Of a stretch of DNA of 64,000 bases, positions 39,366 to 50,970 are shown piece by piece (the first letter of the stretch is position 1; the number at the start of each line of letters is the position of its first letter). The position numbers were made by a program, and so were the translations under genes. This stretch comes from a virus (lineage: Duplodnaviria > Heunggongvirae > Uroviricota > Caudoviricetes). The DNA is taken from positions 32,001 through 96,000 of IMG/VR virus record IMGVR_UViG_2703718869_000013, one strand, 5' to 3'. A model generated the notes under the pieces. It ran no database searches. It was not told the DNA's origin and worked only from the letters and a program-made list of their open reading frames with translations.

Positions 39366-40405
39366 AAAAACCTCTCGTCACCCGTAATGACATAGCCGAA
39401 GCGATCGCCCTGCATACTGCCTGTATGCCGACACGGGAGATCCCCGGCGCAATTGCCAACTATTTCATGATAACCAGGCGTTTTTATACCCGAACAGATA
39501 AGGCTGTGATCAACAGGCTACTGATAGCCGAGATCAGGGATTATTTGATTGAACAAGGACGTCTACGTTACGCAACGGTGGCAGCAGAAATGAGAAAGGA
39601 GGCACATAGAATGACCAGTAATAATTTGAATGTTAAAAAACCAGCATCTGTTGCTTCAGCTACGCCATCACCAGCTGTGAATGTTATCTCCAACACTGGA
39701 GATACAATCGACAGCCAGACGCTGTTAAAGATGGTTAATGAGGCGCGCAAGCTATGTGGGGAAAATGAGATCCGCAATAACGATTTTCTCAATAGAATTA
39801 AGGATGAACTTGATGGGGAATTTTACGAAACTTTCGTAAAATCCCATGGCACAAGGGCCGGGCGCTCTTTTGAGGTCATAACCATGACCTACAAACAAGC
39901 CCTGCGAGTCGCCGCGCGCGAGTCAAAAGCGGTCCGCCGTTCGCTGATCGACAAACTGGAAGAATTGCAGCAGGCAAACTCCCCTACCCCATCGATCCCC
40001 CAAACATTACCAGAAGCCCTACGTCTGGCTGCCGAGTTAGCAGAACAGAAAATGCAGTTGGAACAACAGCTGGTGGCCGCAGCCCCTAAAGTCGATTTTG
40101 CTGACCGGGTATCAGCGGCTAATGGAATCCTGATCGGGAACTTTGCAAAGGTCGTTGGACTTAAGCAAAACGCCCTTTTCTCATGGTTGCGCCAGAACGG
40201 CATTCTCATGGCTTTTGGTGCGCGCAAAAACGTACCGCGCCAGCAATACATCAACGCCGGGTATTTCACGGTGAAAGAAGTGGTGCTGGATGATGAAGAT
40301 GGTTACCAGATACGGCTGACGCCCCAATTAACGGGTAAAGGCCAGCAGTGGTTGACGCGTAAACTGCTCGATGCAGGTTTATTAAAGCCTGTAGCGGCTG
40401 AGTGA
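39362..40405 (+). CDS. ant: Antirepressor Ant (module B)
   Basis: 347 aa; ANT/KilAC C-terminal domain; translational coupling to icd. Confidence 0.8.
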   Translation: MKKPLVTRNDIAEAIALHTACMPTREIPGAIANYFMITRRFYTRTDKAVINRLLIAEIRDYLIEQGRLRYATVAAEMRKEAHRMTSNNLNVKKPASVASATPSPAVNVISNTGDTIDSQTLLKMVNEARKLCGENEIRNNDFLNRIKDELDGEFYETFVKSHGTRAGRSFEVITMTYKQALRVAARESKAVRRSLIDKLEELQQANSPTPSIPQTLPEALRLAAELAEQKMQLEQQLVAAAPKVDFADRVSAANGILIGNFAKVVGLKQNALFSWLRQNGILMAFGARKNVPRQQYINAGYFTVKEVVLDDEDGYQIRLTPQLTGKGQQWLTRKLLDAGLLKPVAAE

Positions 40406-40417
40406 TTAAATTAAAAA

Positions 40418-40436
40418 GGCGGCCTTTCGGCCGCCA
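40418..40436 (-). terminator. Hairpin GGCGGCC-tttc-GGCCGCC with T-run on the minus strand
   Basis: Lies between convergent ant (plus) and the head-protein gene (minus); same hairpin recurs after module C ant near 48108. Confidence 0.55.
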
Positions 40437-40480
40437 GTGATTTCAGATACCCCGGCAGCCGCCGGGGTTATTTTTGGTGG

Positions 40481-43211
<2,731 letters not shown>

Positions 43212-43246
43212 TTAATTAGAACAATTCACATCATGTTTGAACGGAA

Positions 43247-43268
43247 TTTAACACTAGTCACTTGTTAA
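43247..43268 (-). promoter_or_regulatory. Late-promoter-like motif on the minus strand (TTAACAAGTGACTAGTGTTAAA) upstream of the portal gene
   Basis: ACAAGTGAC core as upstream of the head gene and lyz. Confidence 0.4.
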
Positions 43269-43513
43269 GGATTACCAATGAACAAGCTATCTATGTGGTG
43301 TTTCGCTGTTCAAGTGTCAGCGAAATATTGAAATATATTAGTGCAATAACATTTCATCGGGCGCCGATTAGATACGGCGTGGAAAAGGTGGAAGGCAAAA
43401 GCTATGACCGACTACGCCGGACGTGAAATAATATGTCCACACTATCTGATACAATAAAACCGAATAGGACATAACTTCGACGTCAAAGCCTTGGCACAGG
43501 CTGGAGAGAAAAC

Positions 43514-43762
43514 TTGAAAAAGCGATACTACACAGTAAAGCATGGGACGCTACGAGCATTACAAGAGTTTGCTGACAAGCATAACGTTGAGGTGCGCAGG
43601 GAAGGGGGAAGTAAAGCTCTGCGCATGTACCGTCCGGACGGGAAATGGCGTACGGTCGTCGATTTCAAAACTAACAGTGTTCCCCAGGGCGTCCGCGATC
43701 GGGCATTCGAAGAATGGGAGCAGATCATCATAGATAATGCTCTGCTACTAAATGCTGACTGA
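43514..43762 (+). CDS. Hypothetical small protein (weak HicA-like pattern)
   Basis: 82 aa, TTG start with GGAGAG Shine-Dalgarno; GGSKALRMYRPDGK resembles a HicA GSxH region but with Lys in place of His. Confidence 0.35.
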   Translation: MKKRYYTVKHGTLRALQEFADKHNVEVRREGGSKALRMYRPDGKWRTVVDFKTNSVPQGVRDRAFEEWEQIIIDNALLLNAD

Positions 43763-43800
43763 GTTTAATATTACAATATTATCTGGGAGATAAATGCATA

Positions 43801-44535
43801 TTATTTTCCAGATAATAACTGATGTTTTGCATATTCACGTGGCGTGCAATTATAATATTGCCTGAACAGGCACACAAAGTACGATGTACTACTAAAGCCA
43901 CAGCTTTCTGATACTTGTTTGACTGAATGATTTTGCTTTAGTAATTTAATAGCGAAAGCCATCCGTGTATCAAGTAATAACTTACTGAAGGAGGTGTTTT
44001 CCAATAATAGTTTTTTCTTTATTAAGCTTTCACTCATGTAGAGATAATCGGTTAGGTCTCTTAGTTTCCAGTGTTTAGATACATCTGAAAGAAATATGCT
44101 GCGCACTTTCCCTGAGAAAGTGGGCATACCAGACGTAAGAAATGCTCTAAAGTTATCAACATCATTAAAAATTGAGAGTAATGAAAAAGTTACTGCCTCC
44201 CTAAAATCAGAATGGATATGATTTTGGTCGCTTATATTATCGATCATCCTGATTAATAAATCAGGATAGGCAAAAGACTTTTTTAGCAAATGTGGACACT
44301 TATCCAGCGATTGGTTTCCAAGGTTGTTGCTGCATAATAAATAGTTTCTTACGGTATTATCATTGAGTTCGAATTCTATATATTTGTCTGAATACATTTT
44401 TAAGCATTCATGCTCAGAATGCTTAAGCAACAACACATCACCGTAATTTAATATCAAGAAATCCTTAAGAAATTGAAAGCTTATAGGTTTCTTTATGAGT
44501 ATGAAGTAACAAACTGCTGACATGGCCACCACCAT
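43801..44535 (-). CDS. AraC/XylS-family transcriptional regulator
   Basis: C-terminal HTH signature VKQVSESCGFSSTSYFVCLFRQYYNCTPREY; very AT-rich gene. Confidence 0.85.
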   Translation of the reverse strand: MVVAMSAVCYFILIKKPISFQFLKDFLILNYGDVLLLKHSEHECLKMYSDKYIEFELNDNTVRNYLLCSNNLGNQSLDKCPHLLKKSFAYPDLLIRMIDNISDQNHIHSDFREAVTFSLLSIFNDVDNFRAFLTSGMPTFSGKVRSIFLSDVSKHWKLRDLTDYLYMSESLIKKKLLLENTSFSKLLLDTRMAFAIKLLKQNHSVKQVSESCGFSSTSYFVCLFRQYYNCTPREYAKHQLLSGK

Positions 44536-44661
44536 TCTAAAGAGGCTTTGAATAAGAATAGAGATAGCCAGGCTCAGAAATCAAGAAGTTGTGTAAAAAT
44601 AAAATTATTGATTTATGTCACATTTTTTGATTGTTTTAATTGATGTTTTTCAATATTATCA

Positions 44662-44685
44662 CAAACAAACAAACAAACAAACAAA
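44662..44685. repeat. (CAAA)6 tetranucleotide repeat next to a TTGACA hexamer
   Basis: Direct reading; about 100 bp upstream of the EAL gene start, in the divergent intergenic region. Confidence 0.9.
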
Positions 44686-44787
44686 TAAATTGACATTTAA
44701 TCTACAAAAGTAGAGTGTAACTCTTGTAAATATAGGGGGCTCGTTATCTGAGCAAAATCAAGCAATTTAAAACTTGAGGGTGGGGAT

Positions 44788-45477
44788 ATGGAAGTTATCT
44801 ACATTGCAGAACCAATCATTTCTACGAGCACGAACAAGTTGATTGCAGTAGAAGTGTTAAGCAGATTTCGCTCCAAAGATGGTGTCGCTCTTCCTACTCA
44901 AAGAGTATTGGGTATGTTTACCAATAAGATGAAGATTAATTTACTTAAATCACAACTTAACACAATAATGAAATACAAGTGTTTTTTTGAACGCCATAAT
45001 ATACTATGTTCTATTAATGTAGATTATGATACATGTATATATATATACAGTAATAAACAAACTCAAGAGTTAATTAAAAACAATAAATTTATAGCTCTTG
45101 AGATATCAGAAAACTACCCTGATTTAAGCGATGAGGATTACGTTATACCCTTTCTCCTGACTTTGACAGACTATGTTTGGCTTGATGATTTTGGAAGTGG
45201 CAACACCACCATGAAAACATTAATTAAAAATAAATACCATGCAATAAAACTTGATAAGGCCTTTTTCCAAGAATATGGGACTAATCCTCATTTTGATGTC
45301 ATTATTAGTAATTTAAAAAAATTATGCCCGAATATCATCGCTGAAGGTGTTGAAAACATTGAGTGTCATAAGCTATCAAAAGGGATAGGGCTATGGGGTG
45401 CCCAGGGATATTTTTTTCCATCAATTCCTCTGGTGGAGATTGAGTCCATAGATAGTAAGTGGCTATCAGATTTATGA
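44788..45477 (+). CDS. Stand-alone EAL-domain protein, predicted cyclic-di-GMP phosphodiesterase
   Basis: EVL(SRF) motif, E..E.NY, DDFGSG, KLDKAF, AEGVE and GAQGYFF motifs all present. Confidence 0.8.
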   Translation: MEVIYIAEPIISTSTNKLIAVEVLSRFRSKDGVALPTQRVLGMFTNKMKINLLKSQLNTIMKYKCFFERHNILCSINVDYDTCIYIYSNKQTQELIKNNKFIALEISENYPDLSDEDYVIPFLLTLTDYVWLDDFGSGNTTMKTLIKNKYHAIKLDKAFFQEYGTNPHFDVIISNLKKLCPNIIAEGVENIECHKLSKGIGLWGAQGYFFPSIPLVEIESIDSKWLSDL

Positions 45478-45530
45478 GATGCAGAGAGTTAGGATATTGA
45501 TATGAACGTCTAAGCACCTCATTACCATGC

Positions 45531-46175
45531 TTAAAAGATGTTATCCTTACCTGTTAATTTACCTTGAGGAACTTTAGCGAGCTCCATCCGATAAAATGCT
45601 CTTATCATATTTACAAATGGTTCATATGGTGAATATCTGTTGTCTTGTTCAGTAATGGTGTTTGTCATTGTCCTGATGAAGTCTGCGCTTGCCACGTTGT
45701 TGTATTCCGTTGCGAAGCAGCATAACAACGTCAGAACGTGCTCTGTCGTTATTTCGCTCCAGTTGATGTTGAAAAACTCATCGCCTTTTTTATCGTGTTC
45801 GGAATCGAAGATGCTTTGGTGGAGGATGTATTTGCCGGATTCCTTGCGCGGTAACTTGATTGCTTTCTGGCGTTCCAGCTCCTTATAAATCTGCATTGCC
45901 TCAATTAGTACCGGCCTGCCGTTCATGAAGGGATCGCGCAACCTTACACGCTGGCCAACTCGACCAGTAATAAAGCTGTTTTCCTCTTCCACCAGCACGA
46001 TAAAACCCTTCTCCTCTTTTTCTCGCAATTCGCGCAGCAGCTGGAGTTCCATATCGCGGCGGCGTTCAGGGTAGCTGGTCCGCTCAGCCATTATCAGCTC
46101 GTTATTGATCCATGCAGCAGTCATTGACGCCGGTTTGCCGACGCTCATCGAAACAACGCATATTTTCTTATCCAT
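45531..46175 (-). CDS. Hypothetical protein
   Basis: Start moved to internal ATG at 46175 (AGGGGGAG Shine-Dalgarno); track ORF extends to 46322 without a ribosome-binding site. Confidence 0.5.
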   Translation of the reverse strand: MDKKICVVSMSVGKPASMTAAWINNELIMAERTSYPERRRDMELQLLRELREKEEKGFIVLVEEENSFITGRVGQRVRLRDPFMNGRPVLIEAMQIYKELERQKAIKLPRKESGKYILHQSIFDSEHDKKGDEFFNINWSEITTEHVLTLLCCFATEYNNVASADFIRTMTNTITEQDNRYSPYEPFVNMIRAFYRMELAKVPQGKLTGKDNIF

Positions 46176-46435
46176 AGCTCCCCCTACAAAAAAGAAAAGC
46201 CACCAGCGGCGGCTTAGCAATACAACTGAAGGTAGCGCCCGGTACTCAGACTGTGCCGTCCATGGAATATTTGAAAAGGGATCCATCCGTACCGGGCGTG
46301 TGATGATTTTGACTGAAGTCACTTGTCAGTTGTCAATTATTTATTATTAAAAATAATATATTTATTAGTGCATACAAATAATACACTAAGTGTGCACATT
46401 GCAACCTCAGAGAGGAAACATTCAACCAGATTGTT

Positions 46436-46469
46436 ATTGCTCTAATAAATTTGATTTATTGGGGCAAAT
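46436..46469. promoter_or_regulatory. Tandem inverted C1 operators upstream of module C
   Basis: ATTGCTCTAATAAATTT exact, followed by inverted degenerate copy. Confidence 0.7.
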
Positions 46470-46549
46470 AAACTACTATTGGACGCCAGACTATTGATCT
46501 TCCTGTTGTTCAGGCTTATAGTTCCTACGCCGTAGCAAATTCTGCGACC

Positions 46550-46752
46550 GGGTTTAGCAGCCTGAATGTACATGCGGACAACCGCAGATTTCCGATATTG
46601 CGGTATTTTTATGTCCGTAAAACCGCGTTACGCCCGAATTATGGTGGGGCGTGATGGGGAGGCTTCGGCCTGCTGGTTTCATGTACGCCAGTCTGCTAAC
46701 CCCGTCACGTCCTGCCACCCGTTTAGCAGCGGGTAGCAGGTTGTTAAACCTG
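46550..46752 (+). ncRNA. c4: c4-like antisense RNA region (module C), different specificity
   Basis: Same scaffold as module B but triples are TTTAGCAG / CTGCTAA and GTACATG / CATGTAC, changed in a compensatory way. Confidence 0.6.
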
Positions 46753-46769
46753 TACATGAGGCCGTAACT

Positions 46770-46991
46770 ATGGTTAATGCCAATCCTTGCGCACGCCCTG
46801 AATTTATCTGGCGCTTTTACTCCTGCCAGAAACGCCACTATCACTTCGTTATTGCACCGACAGAAGATGAGGCACGTTCTCAGCTTCCGGATGCTCCCTG
46901 CATTTTCTCCGCACGCTTTTCTACTGACTCGCGCAATTCTCTCAGTTACTGGTGCCTCCCTGTTAACGCTTCTGTTCAGGAGGGGCTATGA
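46770..46991 (+). CDS. icd: Icd-like small protein (module C)
   Basis: 73 codons; stop overlaps ant ATG. Confidence 0.75.
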   Translation: MVNANPCARPEFIWRFYSCQKRHYHFVIAPTEDEARSQLPDAPCIFSARFSTDSRNSLSYWCLPVNASVQEGL

Positions 46992-48100
46992 GAACGTCAT
47001 TAGTCACCCGTGAAGAGATGATCGAGGCAATTGAACAGCACACAATCTGTATCAGCACCAGGGATATACCAGGCGTTATTGCCAACTACTTCATGATCAC
47101 CAAACAACTTTACCGGAGAAAGGACAAGAACGCGGTTCACCGTATCCTGTTGTCTGATATCCGCGAATACCTGCTCGAACAGGGTCATCTGAATTACGCA
47201 ACCGTCGCAGCCGAAGCACGCAAGGAGGCACACAGAATGAAAGCAACTAACGTTAAATCAGAAAAAATTTATGCACCTTCAGTTCAGGAATCGGAACTGG
47301 TGGTTGTTCAGAATCAGCCGGATGAAATTCCCGTTCTGGAATGGCAGGGAGTACGTGTCGTAACAACCGAAACTCTTGCTAGAGGGTATGGGGTCGATGA
47401 AGCCAATATTCGCAACAATTTGTCTCGCAACCTTGACCGCTTTGAAGAAGGTAAGCATTACTTTCTTCTAACTGGTTTAAAATTAAGAGAATTTAAGAAC
47501 AGAGTAACCGGAAGTTACTCTGTTGGTAAGAACGCCAGAAGCCTTACACTCTGGACAGAGCGCGGCGCTGCACGCATGTCTAAGATCGTGGACACAAATG
47601 AAGCATGGGCATTCTTTGAAAAACTGGAAGACAGCTACTTCCGGCAAAAAGAACAGCAACCGGTCGCAATCCCTCAGACGCTTCCCGAAGCTCTGCGCCT
47701 GGCTGCCGAGCTGGCTGAACAAAAGCAACTTCTGGAACAGAAAGCCCACCAGCTAAATCAGCAGCTGGTGGCCGCCGCCCCTAAAGTCGATTTTGCCGAC
47801 CGGGTATCAGGGGCCAAGGGGATCCTGATTGGAAATTTTGCAAAGGTTGTTGGGCTTAAGCAAAACGCGTTGTTTGCCTGGTTACGGGGGAACGGCATCC
47901 TGATAGCGTCCGGTGGACGTAAAAATGTGCCGTTCCAGCAATACATCAACGCCGGGTATTTCACGGTGAAAGAAGTGGTGCTGGATGATGAAGATGGTTA
48001 CCAGATACGGCTGACGCCCCAATTAACGGGTAAAGGCCAGCAGTGGTTGACGCGTAAACTGCTCGAAGCTGGCTTGTTAAAACCGGTGGCGGCTGAATGA
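46988..48100 (+). CDS. ant: Antirepressor Ant (module C), with extra Bro-N/AntA-like central domain
   Basis: 370 aa; C-terminal ANT/KilAC domain; central WQGVRVVTTETLARGYG..LTLWTERGAARM block. Confidence 0.8.
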   Translation: MRTSLVTREEMIEAIEQHTICISTRDIPGVIANYFMITKQLYRRKDKNAVHRILLSDIREYLLEQGHLNYATVAAEARKEAHRMKATNVKSEKIYAPSVQESELVVVQNQPDEIPVLEWQGVRVVTTETLARGYGVDEANIRNNLSRNLDRFEEGKHYFLLTGLKLREFKNRVTGSYSVGKNARSLTLWTERGAARMSKIVDTNEAWAFFEKLEDSYFRQKEQQPVAIPQTLPEALRLAAELAEQKQLLEQKAHQLNQQLVAAAPKVDFADRVSGAKGILIGNFAKVVGLKQNALFAWLRGNGILIASGGRKNVPFQQYINAGYFTVKEVVLDDEDGYQIRLTPQLTGKGQQWLTRKLLEAGLLKPVAAE

Positions 48101-48339
48101 TTAAAAAAGGCGGCCTTTCGGCCGCCAATGATGTCACGGAGTCTATAATGGCAATGTCTTCGTAGTTGACTAAAGCCACAACTCAATTATAACAATTAAT
48201 TATAGCAATAGTGGCTATTTTATTTATCGCGAATCACATTTTTTCTCTTCAGTACATGTGTGCTATACTCCTTCTTGATTGATTGGATGCGGAATACAAA
48301 CCCGCTCTTTTGTGCAGCCTGGCTCCTTGCCAGGCTTTT

Positions 48340-48651
48340 TTATTTCATCATGGAAGCTGTTAACGCTTTGGACCTTGCTGAACTGATTGAGAGGGCTTTG
48401 TCAACGTGCCCCAAAAATTCGCCAAACTCAGACATCACTTTAGCAAAACCGCGCCGTGCTTCTTCCTCGGTGGCGTTCATCACGAAATGTTCAGCACCAC
48501 GCATACTTTTGACAGGGAACGCAACGGATATTGAGTCAATATCAGGCATTCTATCGCTCAGCTTTACAGTGACAATGACGGCTGGCGACTGAATATTAGT
48601 GCTTACAGACAGCACTACATATTTTCCGTCGATGTTGAAATCCTTTCTCAT
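48340..48651 (-). CDS. Hypothetical protein (cre-adjacent)
   Basis: 103-aa ORF downstream of cre, same strand; weak C1-operator-like site upstream. Confidence 0.5.
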   Translation of the reverse strand: MRKDFNIDGKYVVLSVSTNIQSPAVIVTVKLSDRMPDIDSISVAFPVKSMRGAEHFVMNATEEEARRGFAKVMSEFGEFLGHVDKALSISSARSKALTASMMK

Positions 48652-48667
48652 ATGTCACCATAAATAT

Positions 48668-48684
48668 CAAAGAATTAGAGCAAT
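48668..48684. promoter_or_regulatory. Weak C1-operator-like site
   Basis: 13/17 match including the TTAGAGCAAT core. Confidence 0.35.
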
Positions 48685-48701
48685 CATTTACGCGTTGATG
48701 G

Positions 48702-49733
48702 CTAATCGCCATCTTCCAGCAGGCGCACCATTGCCCCTGTTTCACTATCCAGGTTACGAATGTAGTTCATGACAATATTTACGTTGGTCCAGCCACCAGC
48801 TTGCATGATCTCCGGTATTGAAACTCCGGCGCGGGCCATATCTCGCGCGGCACCGACACGGGCACTATGTCCAGACCAGGCCAGGTATCGCTGACCAGAG
48901 TCATCTTTTGCCCCGTAAATCAATCGGTGAGTTGCTTCAAAAATCCCTTCCAGGGCGCGAGTTGATAGCTGGCTGGTGGATGATGGCGCGGCAACACCAT
49001 TTTTTCTGACGCGGCAAAACAGGTAGTTATTCGGATCATCAGCTACACCAGAGACAGAAATCCATCGCTCAACCAGTTTAGTTACCCCCAGGCTAAGTGC
49101 CTTCTCTACACCAGCGGTGCTAACCAGCGTTTTCGTTCTGCCAATATGGATTAACATTCTCCCACCGTCAGTACGTGAGATATCTTTAACCCTGATCCTA
49201 GAAATTTCGGCTATACGTAACAGGGTGTTATAAGCAATCCCCAGAAATGCCAGATTACGTATATCCTGGCAGCGATCGCTATTTTCCATGAGTGAACGAA
49301 CCTGGTCGAAATCAGTGCGTTCGAACGCCAGCGCCTGTTTTGCACGCTCACCGGCATCAACGTTTTCTTTTCGGATCCGTCGCATGACCAGTGAAACAGC
49401 ATTGCTGTCACTTGGTCGTGGCAGCCCGGACCGACGATGAAGCATGTTTAGCTGGCCCAAATGTTGCTGGATAGTTTTTACTGCCAGACCACGCGCCTGA
49501 AGATATAGAAGGTAATCGCGAACATCTTCAGGTTCTGCGGGAAACCATTTCCGGTTATTCAACATGCACCATGCCGCCCACGACCGGCAAACGGACAGAA
49601 GCATTTTCCAGGTATGATCAGAAAACGCCTGGCGATCCCTGAACATGTCCATCAGGTTCTTGCGAACCTCATCACTCGTTGCATCGACCGGCAATGCAGG
49701 CAAATTTTGGTGAACGGTTAACGAATTAGTCAT
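48702..49733 (-). CDS. cre: Cre site-specific tyrosine recombinase
   Basis: 343 aa, near-identical to P1 Cre as recalled (differences at residues 2-5 and a few internal positions); loxP about 820 bp upstream. Confidence 0.97.
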   Translation of the reverse strand: MTNSLTVHQNLPALPVDATSDEVRKNLMDMFRDRQAFSDHTWKMLLSVCRSWAAWCMLNNRKWFPAEPEDVRDYLLYLQARGLAVKTIQQHLGQLNMLHRRSGLPRPSDSNAVSLVMRRIRKENVDAGERAKQALAFERTDFDQVRSLMENSDRCQDIRNLAFLGIAYNTLLRIAEISRIRVKDISRTDGGRMLIHIGRTKTLVSTAGVEKALSLGVTKLVERWISVSGVADDPNNYLFCRVRKNGVAAPSSTSQLSTRALEGIFEATHRLIYGAKDDSGQRYLAWSGHSARVGAARDMARAGVSIPEIMQAGGWTNVNIVMNYIRNLDSETGAMVRLLEDGD

Positions 49734-50125
49734 TTATTATGCGTGATTTTAACAGTTAAGCCTTGTTCATGAAGTATCTCATCAATAATTCGAATCACAT
49801 CCCCTGGTAGATCATCGTTCTCGAAATATCTGTGATCGGGGATTTCTACAGTGATTGGGGTTGCTGCTTTATGCAAAATCCGAACAATCTTTTTTTCTTT
49901 TTTGCATGTTGCATATTCAGCCTCTTCGATATCTATCCAGCTCGCACCATCAAATTGCTGGTAAACCCGAGTGTATAGTAAGCGGTTTCGCTTTACTTCT
50001 TCTGCTAACTCCCAAATTGCAACAGCCATAGCACGTTCATTTTCATTCGTTCCAGGGTTAGCAGCTTTTTGTTTTGCGTCGTTCAGTAAGGCGTTTACCT
50101 TGGCATCTGTCAGGCCATTAAACAT
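49730..50125 (-). CDS. Hypothetical protein, stop overlaps cre start (ATGA)
   Basis: 131-aa ORF with ATG start; TGA overlaps the cre ATG. Confidence 0.55.
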   Translation of the reverse strand: MFNGLTDAKVNALLNDAKQKAANPGTNENERAMAVAIWELAEEVKRNRLLYTRVYQQFDGASWIDIEEAEYATCKKEKKIVRILHKAATPITVEIPDHRYFENDDLPGDVIRIIDEILHEQGLTVKITHNK

Positions 50126-50144
50126 TCATCACCTCATGATCAAG

Positions 50145-50366
50145 TTAAATTATTGTTTTCAGCAGAGTGTACAGGATTGGCTCTGCCTTTACCTGGTTAT
50201 GGTTCTCGTCATAGAAACGCCAGCGACCGCGCGTGCGTTCTATTTTCTCTTCACCGCGAGATAATGACTGTTGGTAACTATCACGCTCAAACCATTTTGC
50301 CCGCCAGTAACCACGGTTTTTCTCAAGCTCAAGATGAGTGGACACTTTAGCAGCTGAATATCCCAT
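50145..50366 (-). CDS. Hypothetical small basic protein
   Basis: 73-aa ORF upstream of the 131-aa ORF, same strand. Confidence 0.4.
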   Translation of the reverse strand: MGYSAAKVSTHLELEKNRGYWRAKWFERDSYQQSLSRGEEKIERTRGRWRFYDENHNQVKAEPILYTLLKTII

Positions 50367-50398
50367 TTTTCACCTCTGATTGATTGGTGGTGCTAAGT

Positions 50399-50484
50399 GC
50401 GCTACGCGAAATCTGGAGCACTAACACTGCCAACATTTCGCAGATTTTACGTAGCGCAACCTTGATCAAATGATCAAGTGATCA
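50399..50484. promoter_or_regulatory. 17-bp inverted repeat pair plus three TGATCA hexamers (GATC cluster) between loxP and the small ORFs
   Basis: GCGCTACGCGAAATCTG ... CAGATTTTACGTAGCGC; TGATCAAATGATCAAGTGATCA. Confidence 0.4.
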
Positions 50485-50555
50485 CTATTTGACCTGATAA
50501 GGTATTGAACTGTATGGATTTACAGGTAAATTAATCATGTTCAATAACCCTTAAG

Positions 50556-50589
50556 ATAACTTCGTATAATGTATGCTATACGAAGTTAT
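50556..50589. other. loxP: loxP site (13-bp inverted repeats around 8-bp spacer)
   Basis: ATAACTTCGTATA-ATGTATGC-TATACGAAGTTAT read directly. Confidence 0.97.
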
Positions 50590-50632
50590 TAGGTCCGAAG
50601 AGGAGTTTACGTCCAGCTACGCATAAAAATCA

Positions 50633-50649
50633 AGAATTATTAGAGCAAT
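50633..50649. promoter_or_regulatory. C1-operator-like site in the coi-c1 control region
   Basis: 15/17 match to the operator 17-mer. Confidence 0.55.
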
Positions 50650-50709
50650 AAATTTTGAGAGAAAAATCCCACTCCACCAGCCAAAAACTGGATTGTTTTT
50701 CATAGTTGT

Positions 50710-50732
50710 TTGACAATTGCTCTAATAAATTA
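50710..50732 (+). promoter_or_regulatory. TTGACA -35 hexamer abutting a C1 operator (ATTGCTCTAATAAATTA)
   Basis: 16/17 operator match overlapping the promoter spacer; upstream of coi and c1. Confidence 0.65.
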
Positions 50733-50970
50733 TAGTTTTGCCGCCGTTACGTAATACGACTTTGGATTCACTATTTAATGTGTCTTCAGCGTTGTAGAGC
50801 GGCTCAGAAGGAAATGAGCAAACAGGGAAACCTTATACAACGGCATTACAGCTATGCATTGCTCATCTTACACACAGCGCAATGTTGTTAGATTACCCCA
50901 GCATGGATCATGGGTGAAACAGTAGGTCAGAGCTTCAGGCTCTGTGTTGTCAATACAGTGAGGCATAATT

